Source of the DNA: an uncultured bacterium
GTDB lineage: Bacteria; Planctomycetota; UBA1135; UBA2386
DNA length: 54,595 nt
Direction of reading: 5' to 3'
Assembly: GCA_963974725.1 (NCBI GenBank)
Contig: CAXBFC010000002.1
Coordinates: 1 to 54,595 of the forward strand
Part shown: positions 27,141-35,326 of the stretch, piece by piece
How positions within the stretch are numbered: position 1 is the stretch's first letter
Layout: every line of letters starts with the position of its first letter
Position numbers and translations under genes: made by a program
Notes under the pieces: generated by a model
The model's database searches: none
What the model saw: the letters and a program-made list of their open reading frames with translations, nothing else
Told to the model about the DNA's origin: nothing

Positions 27141-28418
27141 TTGGTGATTAGAGTCCGTGGTGTGTCCCGCCACCCCCAAGACCAGAACCGCCAACAACCG
27201 CGCCGTCAGAACAGCCAACGGCGAGGATCACAGGAATCGCCGGCCGAGCAGACCTTCGAGTGCATGCACTTCGGAGTCTGCGGCGGGTGCTCACTGCTCG
27301 AGCAACCGATCGCGTGGCAGCTACACGACAAGGTCGGTAAGACCGAAGCCCTGATGGCGACGGTGCTCAACGGTATGCGCATCGCGTACGAACTGCCCGA
27401 ACGCCCGCAGCGCTACTTCCGTTCGCGACTGCTGTATCCGGTCAAGCAAGACGCCGACCGCAAGGCCGTGCTTGGCATCTACGAGTATCGCAGTCATCAC
27501 GTTGTCGAGATCGATGAATGCCAGACGCAGGACCTGTGGCTTACCAACCTTGGCCGCGAAGTGCAGAGCATCCTGCGCTCGCTGCGTATCGAAGGCTTCC
27601 ACATGCACCGCCGCCGGGGCATCGCGAAGGCGTTCTGGGCGCGGTTGGCAAGCGGTACCGGTGAAGTGCTGGCAGGTTTGGTGACGCGACCAGGAGAGTT
27701 CGCCGAAGGCCAAGACTTCGCCGCCGCGCTAGCCGAGCGTGCCGCAGCCATTCCGAACGCCGGTAGGCCGCGAGAACTCGTTGGCGTGATGCATTCGATT
27801 AGCGACCGCACCGACGACTTCATGCTCGGCGATCGTCACCTGCCGTTGCGCGGCCGGGACCACGTTGTCGATCGCCGTGACGGACTGACCTTCCGCGTCA
27901 GCGCCGGCAGCTTCTACCAGATCCATTCCGGTGCCGGGGCGCTGCTCTATCGCCCGGTGATGGCGATGTGTGGTGACGTCACTGGAAAGACGGTCATCGA
28001 TGGCTATGGCGGGGTCGGCGCGTTCGGCCTTCGACTTGCCAAGGCCGGCGCGAAGGAAGTGCTCGTGGTAGAAGACAACGCGTCTTCGTGCCGCGACGCC
28101 GAACACAACGCTACCGCCAATAACCTGCCGCAGGTAAAGGTGCAACGCGAGTCGTTCACCAAGGCGCAGCTCCCAACCGATGCTGACTTGATGATTGTCG
28201 ATCCACCGCGCTCCGGCTTGCAGCTGTTTGGCGTCGACAAGGTACTCAAGGCGCGACCGAAGCAACTGGTGTATGTGGCATGCGCCGCAGAGCCCATGGC
28301 ACTCGACATCAAGACGCTGACGGCCAACGGCTACGAACTGACCGAGATGCGTTTGTGCGATCTGTTTCCGCATACCGATCACGTCGAGCTGGTCGCGAGC
28401 CTCAATCGGACCAGCTAG
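27141..28418 (+). CDS. RumA/RlmD-like 23S rRNA (uracil-C5)-methyltransferase
   Basis: The Fe-S cluster ligands are C-x5-C-x2-C (ECMHFGVCGGC), which forces a start upstream of 27261 (TTG 27141 or GTG 27144). The SAM fold is IDGYGGVGAFG, with DPPRSGL and the catalytic YVACA. Confidence 0.8.
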   Translation: MVIRVRGVSRHPQDQNRQQPRRQNSQRRGSQESPAEQTFECMHFGVCGGCSLLEQPIAWQLHDKVGKTEALMATVLNGMRIAYELPERPQRYFRSRLLYPVKQDADRKAVLGIYEYRSHHVVEIDECQTQDLWLTNLGREVQSILRSLRIEGFHMHRRRGIAKAFWARLASGTGEVLAGLVTRPGEFAEGQDFAAALAERAAAIPNAGRPRELVGVMHSISDRTDDFMLGDRHLPLRGRDHVVDRRDGLTFRVSAGSFYQIHSGAGALLYRPVMAMCGDVTGKTVIDGYGGVGAFGLRLAKAGAKEVLVVEDNASSCRDAEHNATANNLPQVKVQRESFTKAQLPTDADLMIVDPPRSGLQLFGVDKVLKARPKQLVYVACAAEPMALDIKTLTANGYELTEMRLCDLFPHTDHVELVASLNRTS

Positions 28419-28531
28419 GCCGACAGTTGGCCCCAATCCGTGCGGAGACGCCCTCTGAGCGGTTTCGAACCGGCAGCGGGCCTTACTGCACGCTGACGTT
28501 ACGCAGGTAATCGCGTGGCTACTTTGTAGTC

Positions 28532-29458
28532 ATGAAGACACTGATTTGTGTTGGGTCCCTGCTGATTGCCGCCGTCGCCACGACGACGCCGATCCCGCAG
28601 GGCGTCGAGCAAGACATCGTTTGGGAAACGTCATTCGCCGATGCCAAGGCGCGGGCGCACGACGAGGGCAAGGGCATCTTCCACCTGCAGCTGTTCGGTC
28701 ACTTGGACCAAGAACTCTGTTGAACGAACGCCCGAACCCTGAGAGCCGTGCTGCTCTCGGATCCGGCGATCGAAAAGCTGCTGCGAGAAGACTTCGTGCC
28801 TGCTTGGGAGTCGGTGCACGAAACGGCGCAAGTAACGATCGACTTCGCCGACGGCAAATCCCTCAAGCGCACGATCGGTGGCAACACGGTGATCTACCTG
28901 TGCCGAGCAGACGGCGCGGTCATCGATGCCTTCCCCGGCATCTACACGAAGCAAGACTTCCTGGCCGAAGCCAAGAGCGCCATCGACATGCTGCAGTCCG
29001 GCCTCGCGTATGCGACGGATCACCGCATCGCCCGCATCCATGCGGACAAGGCGCGATATCTCTTGCCGAACGCAGTCACTTCGATAACGAAGTCGGTCTT
29101 GGAGAGCCCCGTTCTGCTGAAGACGAACGTGCTTGGCGGACACGCCCCTCTGCGTGACCTCAGCAAAGAGCCTCGTCCCGCTCAGGGGGCGCAATGGATT
29201 TCGAGGCCCAAAGTGAACGTCCGCAAGCAATCGCCCAAGCAGTTTGGCGAAACGCTGATCCAATCTGACTCAGCGAACAACCGCGTCACCGTGCGACCGC
29301 GGATTCACTTGATGCTGTCAAAGTTGACGGCGACGGCAACTCCAAGCGAATGCAAGGTTCCGATCTACGAAGGCATTCTCGGCACGAAGCTCGATGACCC
29401 CTACCTGGGTTTGACCGCAGCAGAGTTGCCTGGCACGCGCGGTTTGATCACACGGTAG
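28532..29458 (+). CDS. secreted thioredoxin-fold protein with in-frame TGA at codon 64 (candidate selenocysteine)
   Basis: ORFs 28532-28723 and 28748-29458 are in the same frame and are separated only by the TGA at 28721-28723. The read-through product is ...GKGIFHLQLFGHLDQELC-U-TNARTLRAVLLSDPAIEKLLREDFVPAW..., a thioredoxin-like beta1/alpha1/beta2 layout with a signal peptide at the N-terminus. Confidence 0.6.
28739..28760 (+). promoter_or_regulatory. SECIS-like hairpin downstream of TGA 28721
   Basis: CUGAGAGC (28739-28746) pairs with GCUCUCGG (28753-28760), including one U-G pair. The 6-nt loop CGUGCU contains GU. The stem starts 15 nt after the UGA. Confidence 0.5.
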
Positions 29459-29464
29459 GACCCG

Positions 29465-30532
29465 CTAGGCAGGCGTGCCGCCAAGCAAGCGTTCTGCCAC
29501 AGCGGGGCAATCCGACGCGCTTCGCGCATGGCCATCGGCACCAACGACCTGCCACAAATCATCGACCAGATTGAATGGTTGGCCACCGACGAGAATCGGA
29601 ATCGCCGCCGTCGCTGGGTGGGCTCGCAGCGAGGCAATCAGGTCCGCCGTTTGGCGCACGTAGAGCACGATGTTCGCAGACAGCGCGATCACGTCGCACC
29701 CAAAGTCGCGAGCTGCTTCTGCGATCGCCGTGGCAGGTGTGTTGGCGCCGAGCGAAATGACGGACCAGCCTCGCGCTTCAAAAGCCTGCGACACCAACTG
29801 GATGCCGAGAGCGTGCGTCTCGTTGCTAACGGTTGCCGTGATGACCTGGCGGCCATTGCCTTCCGTTCGCGGCGCCTGCGCACGCATCACGGTCAGAAGA
29901 GACGTGACAATGCCCGTGCAGTAGTGCTCTTCCGCGATGGTGACCTCACCCATCTGCCACATGCGCCCCATCTCTTTCTGCACACGATGCAACACGTGCT
30001 CGTAGAGCTCGGTGGGCGTGGCGCCCGCTTCGAATGCCGCGAGCACCAACTTCACAGCGTCTTGCTCGCGTCCTTCCAATACCGCGAGCAAGAACTGACG
30101 GGCCAGGCCGATGTGCGGCCCATCACCTTCGAGATAGCTAGCGGTCTCGGGCGGCGCTTCGGCAACTTGCTTGGCGGCTAATCGCACCATGGCACAAGCA
30201 CGAGCGGCGGCAGCTTCCGGCAGGCGCTCCTGCAGTTCGTCCGCCATGCACGCGAGGTTGTCCTGGATCGCGTCATCCCCAACTCCACGCGCGGCGCACA
30301 GCACCTTGACCCAACGCAGTTGCTCGGTGAGCAAGGCGATGCGATCGGCAGCCAGCGCTTCGGCCAGGTAGCCGAGCCGAACCTCGGTATCCATCACGAG
30401 ATCGGACTCGCCGGACCCGTAGGCGCGGACGGCTTCCGGATCCCGCGCCAACTGCCGTTCGACGGTGCCGCTAGCTAGAACCCTGGCCGAACGACAGATT
30501 ATGGCAGCGACGAATGATCCCTCTTCATGCAT
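29465..30532 (-). CDS. CarH-like cobalamin (B12)-binding sensor module without a DNA-binding domain
   Basis: MWQMGEVTIAEEH matches the Wx9EH signature of the CarH/LitR four-helix-bundle light-sensing domain. VITATVSNETHALGIQL is the (D/E)xHxxG lower-ligand loop, followed by a Rossmann B12-binding domain (CDVIALSANI, ILVGGQPF). The N-terminal roughly 135 aa are helical and have no MerR HTH. Confidence 0.75.
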   Translation of the reverse strand: MHEEGSFVAAIICRSARVLASGTVERQLARDPEAVRAYGSGESDLVMDTEVRLGYLAEALAADRIALLTEQLRWVKVLCAARGVGDDAIQDNLACMADELQERLPEAAAARACAMVRLAAKQVAEAPPETASYLEGDGPHIGLARQFLLAVLEGREQDAVKLVLAAFEAGATPTELYEHVLHRVQKEMGRMWQMGEVTIAEEHYCTGIVTSLLTVMRAQAPRTEGNGRQVITATVSNETHALGIQLVSQAFEARGWSVISLGANTPATAIAEAARDFGCDVIALSANIVLYVRQTADLIASLRAHPATAAIPILVGGQPFNLVDDLWQVVGADGHARSASDCPAVAERLLGGTPA

Positions 30533-30540
30533 GGGTTTTC

Positions 30541-31326
30541 CTACAGCGGCTTGGCTAACACGACGATCTGCTCGCGATCGGAAACGACCACTCCGCCGGG
30601 GGCTTCGACCGTCACCACAAACGCCTGTGCCTCGTGAACCACAACCTTGGGATCGATTGGGATGACCACCTCGGCCTGGCCGTTGGGCACGTTGAAGACG
30701 CCACCGTCGACAGGGTGCGCCGCGTTACGCTTCGCGTCGACGATCCAAAGTTGGTATTGATGCTGCGACGGGTCGTTGACCGGCAACCCACGAAAGCGCA
30801 TCGCGCCGCGCTGCGAAGGCCCGTGCCAAACCACGTCTCCTTCGGGTGCCCCTCCGGACCAACTCCAAACTGCGGCGTCACGCACTTGCAGCAACTCCTG
30901 CCGCAGCGCCTGCGGAGCGACCACTGATTGCGACGGAACGTTCGTCCACCACAGCACGGCCGACAACGTCAGCAGTGCGGCAGCAAGGATTGCGTTGGGC
31001 TGTGCCCACCACTTGGCCACACCCTCGACAAGCGGCGACGACGCCGAAGACGATGCCAACGATGGTCCCGACGATCGTTCCGACATAGGTCCCGACAATG
31101 GCGCCGCATCTCGCAAGGCGCGGAGCAAGCGCTCCGAGGGCCCACTAGGAATGGCCTGTTGCAACGCGATCGTGGCCACGGCCGCACTGTGTTCCCAACT
31201 GCTGTCTGGTTCGAGTTTCGCTTCGCAAAGTGCGTCCACTAGCTCTAGGCGAGCATTCTCGTCGAGACCCCAAATCGCATCGTCGGCCTGGAGTTCGTCC
31301 AGGCGCGTCATCGAAAAGGCACTCAT
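30541..31326 (-). CDS. anti-sigma factor, RskA-like (single TM, periplasmic RskA domain)
   Basis: The ATG overlaps the sigma stop (ATGA). The TM segment is ILAAALLTLSAVLWW. The C-terminal RskA block is HQYQLWIVDAKRNAAHPVDGGVF...FVVTVEAPGGV. There is no HxxxCxxC zinc motif in the N-terminal domain. Confidence 0.8.
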   Translation of the reverse strand: MSAFSMTRLDELQADDAIWGLDENARLELVDALCEAKLEPDSSWEHSAAVATIALQQAIPSGPSERLLRALRDAAPLSGPMSERSSGPSLASSSASSPLVEGVAKWWAQPNAILAAALLTLSAVLWWTNVPSQSVVAPQALRQELLQVRDAAVWSWSGGAPEGDVVWHGPSQRGAMRFRGLPVNDPSQHQYQLWIVDAKRNAAHPVDGGVFNVPNGQAEVVIPIDPKVVVHEAQAFVVTVEAPGGVVVSDREQIVVLAKPL

Positions 31327-31937
31327 GAGTCGACTCCCTGATCAGGAGTTCGCCGATCGGAGGATCGCCGCTCGGGGGAAGAGTGATCGGGAGATTCCGA
31401 AGTCTTGACTCCAAGTAGTTCACGCACGCGCATCAAGCCTCGTCGCGCATGGCTCTTGACCGTGCCCAAGGCCATCCCAGTCGAGTCGGAAATCTGCTGG
31501 TGAGAGCGCCCGTGGACCAGGGACAGCTCCAAGACTTCGCGTTGACTGGGCCGCAGCTCCTGCATCGCCCCAGACACCCGACGCACTTCGTCATCAAGCT
31601 CGAGCGTATCTGCCTGGGTTGCACCGACCAATTCCTGGTCATCTGTCAGTGACTGGGACGTGGGTGCCCGGCCACGCTTGCGATTGCGGTCGATCAAGCG
31701 CCGACGTGCCAGAGTCATGACGAACGTCATTGCCGAACCACGCTCGGGATCGAACCGATGCGCACTCTTCCAGAGGTCGACAAAAATGTCCTGTGTCGCG
31801 TCTTCGGCGTCGCTGTCGTTGCTCAGGTACCGTCGCGCCAAACTCCACACCGGCGGAGTAAACTGGCGCATGCAAGCTTCCACGGCCTCCGGCTTGCCCG
31901 CTGCTACGTCTGCCAGGATCTGGTCGGTTGCACTCAT
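31323..31937 (-). CDS. ECF-type RNA polymerase sigma-70 family factor
   Basis: Starts at ATG 31937 (MSATDQILADVAAG). Region 2 is EDATQDIFVDLWKSAHRFD. Region 4 is SQREVLELSLVHGRSHQQISDSTGMALGTVKSHARRGL. A short Ser/Pro/Arg-rich C-terminal tail follows. Confidence 0.9.
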   Translation of the reverse strand: MSATDQILADVAAGKPEAVEACMRQFTPPVWSLARRYLSNDSDAEDATQDIFVDLWKSAHRFDPERGSAMTFVMTLARRRLIDRNRKRGRAPTSQSLTDDQELVGATQADTLELDDEVRRVSGAMQELRPSQREVLELSLVHGRSHQQISDSTGMALGTVKSHARRGLMRVRELLGVKTSESPDHSSPERRSSDRRTPDQGVDS

Positions 31938-32033
31938 CTTCCGTTGTTGCGAACAATAATACGCGACTCGCCTGGACAAAGACGAGGATCGGTCGGCACC
32001 AACTATGACACAAGTAGCCATGGTGGTAACCGC

Positions 32034-33341
32034 CTATCTCCAAGTGAACGCACTGAGACCATCAAGTTCGCGGATCAGCACCTGATTGCCGTCCACCGCG
32101 AGGTGCGCCCAAGTTTCACTATCGGCGACTTCGATGACATCGAGCAGCTCGTATTCTTTGGTGTTGGCGGCGATGAGATAAAGCTCACCATCTTCGCTCA
32201 AGGCGAGGATCTGGTTGCCGTTGGCCACCAGCGACCAGTTCTCGTCGGCGATCGACGGCGACGTCCACTTGAGCTCGCCCGAGGGCATGTGCACGCAGCA
32301 GAAGCGCTTGCTACGCAAGTAAACGTAGGCGTGATCGTCAATGACTACGGGAGTCGACATGTATGCCTGCACCCGGTTGGTCCACTTTCTCTCCGAGGTC
32401 AACTTGCCGTCCTGCTGCGCGACGCCGTAGAGATGACCGCGGCCGCCGTAGGCCGACGTGAACACCGCATCACCAAACGGCAACGGTGTCAGGATGTTCA
32501 TGCCGCGGAAGGTCTTTACCGGGTGGGTCCACAAGACCTCGCCAGATGCCGGTTGCACCCCGTTCAAGGAAGTGCGCGTCTGCACGAGCAGATGATCCTC
32601 ACCAGCAAGCGTCGCGCGAACTGGTGACGAGAACGCGCCACCGTTCATCCCGCCCTCGTCCTTCATCGACAACCACCTGGTCTCGCCAGTTTGCTTGTCA
32701 AGCTTGACCAGGCCGGCGCCGGTCTGCACGTACACCGAGTCCTCATCAACGAGTGGCGAGCAAACGAATCCAAAGGATTCGCGGTTGGACTGGAAGCGCT
32801 CAGGAAAGTCGACGCGCCAGTTTTCCTTGCCGGTCTTCGCGTCGAGGGACACGAGCACGTCCAACATGCCAGCTACAAACAACGATTCGCCGTCGTATGC
32901 CGGCGTCGATCGAATCCACGAACCGTTGCGAGCTGCGAAGAAGGGCACACTCATGCTGCCATCCCATTTGACTTGCCAGATGATCTTACCGGAACTTCGG
33001 CTGGCGGCAGTGACCACCTCCGTCTTCTTGCCTTCGGTTGCCGTCGTAAAGACGAGGTCTGCGCTGACCACCGGGCCCGAGTAGCTCGGCCCCATCTCAA
33101 TCCGCCAGTCGCGCTTGAAGTTCTCGTTGTTGAGTCGCGCCGGCCAGACCGAGGCGGTGACGTGGCCCGATCGTTTCGGACCTCGCCACTGATTCCATTG
33201 GCCCGGGAAGGCCTGCACAGCGGCACCCGGTGAGGCGGCTTCCGGCACGGTGTCTTTTGGCGATGGCACGACGGGTGTGCCCTGCGCCAATAGAGCGGTC
33301 GGAACCAGCATCAAGCCGACGGTCAAAGCGACAGTTCTCAT
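32034..33341 (-). CDS. PQQ-like beta-propeller repeat protein (BamB-like fold), secreted
   Basis: The signal peptide is MRTVALTVGLMLVPTALLAQG. It has the typical WNQWRGPKRSGHV entry motif and repeated propeller blades. Confidence 0.75.
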   Translation of the reverse strand: MRTVALTVGLMLVPTALLAQGTPVVPSPKDTVPEAASPGAAVQAFPGQWNQWRGPKRSGHVTASVWPARLNNENFKRDWRIEMGPSYSGPVVSADLVFTTATEGKKTEVVTAASRSSGKIIWQVKWDGSMSVPFFAARNGSWIRSTPAYDGESLFVAGMLDVLVSLDAKTGKENWRVDFPERFQSNRESFGFVCSPLVDEDSVYVQTGAGLVKLDKQTGETRWLSMKDEGGMNGGAFSSPVRATLAGEDHLLVQTRTSLNGVQPASGEVLWTHPVKTFRGMNILTPLPFGDAVFTSAYGGRGHLYGVAQQDGKLTSERKWTNRVQAYMSTPVVIDDHAYVYLRSKRFCCVHMPSGELKWTSPSIADENWSLVANGNQILALSEDGELYLIAANTKEYELLDVIEVADSETWAHLAVDGNQVLIRELDGLSAFTWR

Positions 33342-33517
33342 CAAGGACTCCTGTGGGGTTCGCATATCGAGAGACTTCGCCCGTCACGACCGACTGGATG
33401 CACCCAACCTAATCCTCAGAATCCCGCGCGGGATTTCGAGATCGCAGTGCATCCAAGCTCCAGCCAGCGGCGAAATGCTCGTCGTCCAGATAACCACCCA
33501 TAACCCCCACTACAAAC

Positions 33518-34414
33518 ATGACCCGCTTCCCGATCATTGCCCTCTCCGCTCTCCTCGCCGCCCCAATCGTCGCCCAAGACTCGAAGGCTGACATCGTCGA
33601 CACCGCCGTCGCCGCCGGCTCATTCAAGACCCTCGCAGCAGCGCTCGGCGCCGCCAACCTGGTCGACACCCTGAAGGGCAAGGGCCCGTTCACGGTGTTT
33701 GCGCCGACCGACGCTGCGTTCGCGAACTTGCCGAAGGGCACCGTCGCCAACCTCCTGAAGAAGGAAAACCTGCCGACGCTGACCAACATCCTCACCTACC
33801 ACGTCGTCGCCGGCAACATGCCCGCGAAGAAGGTGCTGACGCAAAAGGGCCTGATCGCCCTCAACGGCCAACGCGCCCCGCTCTCGATGGTCAAGGCCAA
33901 TGCCTTCATCGCCGGCGCCCAAATCGTCAAGACCGACATCCACTGCTCCAACGGTGTGATCCACGTCATCGACGCGGTCATGATGCCGGCGACCAACGAC
34001 ATCGTCGACGTTGCCGCCAAGGCAGGCACCTTCAAGACGCTGCTCGCCGCCGCCAAGGCTGCTGGCCTCGTCGACACGCTGAAGGGCAAGGGCCCGCTGA
34101 CCGTGCTCGCCCCGACCGACGCCGCGTTCGCCAAGCTGCCGAAGGGCACCGTCGAGATGCTGCTCAAGCCTGAGAACAAGGCGAAGCTCGCAGCAGTCCT
34201 GACCTACCACGTCGTCGCTGGCCGCGCGTTCGCTGCTGATGTCGCCAAGGCCAAGACCATCAAGACCGTGCAAGGGAGCCCGATCACGATCACGGTCAAG
34301 GACGGCAAGGTCATGGCCAACACGGCCACGATTGTCGCCACCGACATCAACGCTTCGAACGGTGTTGTGCACGTGATCGACCAGGTCATCCTGCCGCCGA
34401 ACCCGAAGAACTAG
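33518..34414 (+). CDS. secreted protein with two fasciclin (FAS1) domains
   Basis: The blocks [21 protein letters not shown]...ILTYHVV...NGVIHVID appear twice. Confidence 0.9.
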   Translation: MTRFPIIALSALLAAPIVAQDSKADIVDTAVAAGSFKTLAAALGAANLVDTLKGKGPFTVFAPTDAAFANLPKGTVANLLKKENLPTLTNILTYHVVAGNMPAKKVLTQKGLIALNGQRAPLSMVKANAFIAGAQIVKTDIHCSNGVIHVIDAVMMPATNDIVDVAAKAGTFKTLLAAAKAAGLVDTLKGKGPLTVLAPTDAAFAKLPKGTVEMLLKPENKAKLAAVLTYHVVAGRAFAADVAKAKTIKTVQGSPITITVKDGKVMANTATIVATDINASNGVVHVIDQVILPPNPKN

Positions 34415-34469
34415 GTATCGAAGAGCTAGGTAGCGCGCAGCTACCTAGCCAGCTGGCTGGAGCATCACC

Positions 34470-35027
34470 ATGAAACGCATCTACCGATTCGCTCTAGCCG
34501 CCACCCTGATCGCGACCGTGGTCGCGATCAGTGGCTGCTCGACAACCTACGAGCGCCGCAACCCGGTTGGCGAACGCTTTCCCAGCATTCGCGCCGCGGC
34601 ACTCGACGAGAGCATCGTAGCCATCCCGGACAACTTCACGGGCAAGGAAACGCTGTTGTTCGTCGGCTACGAGCAGGACAGTCAGTTCGACATCGATCGC
34701 TGGCTCCTGGGACTAGCCCAGCTCGAAGTCGATGTCGTGGTTTACGAGCTGCCGACCATTCCGGGACTCATCCCGGGCATGTTCGGCACAGTCATCAACA
34801 ACGGCATGCGTTCCGGCATTCCCGAAGAAGACTGGGCCATCGTCGCCACCGTCTACGACGACGCCGACGCGATTGCGCGCTTCCTGGGCAACGAAACGCC
34901 ATTGCCGGCGAGAGTCGTATTGCTCGACAAGCAAGGCGACGTCGCGTTCTTCCACGATCGCGGCTACTCGGCCAGCACCCTGCTGCGCCTGAAGGCTCGC
35001 TTGGAAGAACTGCGCAAGCAGTCCTGA
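34470..35027 (+). CDS. lipoprotein of unknown function
   Basis: The lipobox is VVAISGC-S. The 185-aa product has a thioredoxin-like size and layout but no Cys motif. Its function is not recognisable. Confidence 0.6.
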   Translation: MKRIYRFALAATLIATVVAISGCSTTYERRNPVGERFPSIRAAALDESIVAIPDNFTGKETLLFVGYEQDSQFDIDRWLLGLAQLEVDVVVYELPTIPGLIPGMFGTVINNGMRSGIPEEDWAIVATVYDDADAIARFLGNETPLPARVVLLDKQGDVAFFHDRGYSASTLLRLKARLEELRKQS

Positions 35028-35044
35028 GTGACTCGCGGCGCACA

Positions 35045-35121
35045 CCGCGCCGTAGTAACCGCGCCTTAGCGACCGCGCCGTAGTAACCGCGCCTTAGCAA
35101 CCGCGCCGTAGCAACCGCGCC
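35045..35121. repeat. about 5.5 tandem 14-bp units CCGCGCC(G/T)TAG(T/C)(A/G)A, organised as 28-bp super-units
   Basis: Units start at 35045, 35059, 35073, 35087 and 35101, with a degenerate one at 35115. The array begins 18 nt after the lipoprotein stop. Confidence 0.85.
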
Positions 35122-35326
35122 GCGTGATGCGTCGCCCACGCCGCACGATTGCGGTGACCGCATGCGAGGCACAGCGATCCCTCGTTCGCGCCCGCCGGAT
35201 CGCTGCCCGATCGCCCCGCGCATCAAGGATTGGCCACGATTGCTTGCCGCACGTGGAATTCACGCGCGCGCTGAATCCGCCAGCAGATGGCCAGCGAAAT
35301 GGGCTGCAACCCAAGCAATCTGAACC

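Noticed and set aside
27729-28436. A 235-aa minus-strand ORF opposite the RumA-like gene. Similar antisense ORFs occur elsewhere (21136-21804, 24364-25029, 32691-33233, 33620-34372, 35623-36273, 41637-42347, 42224-43006, 45182-45874, 46034-46714, 47912-48535).
   Set aside because: Each is antisense to a gene with strong motif support, and each has the skewed Arg/Ala/Gly composition of GC-rich non-coding frames.
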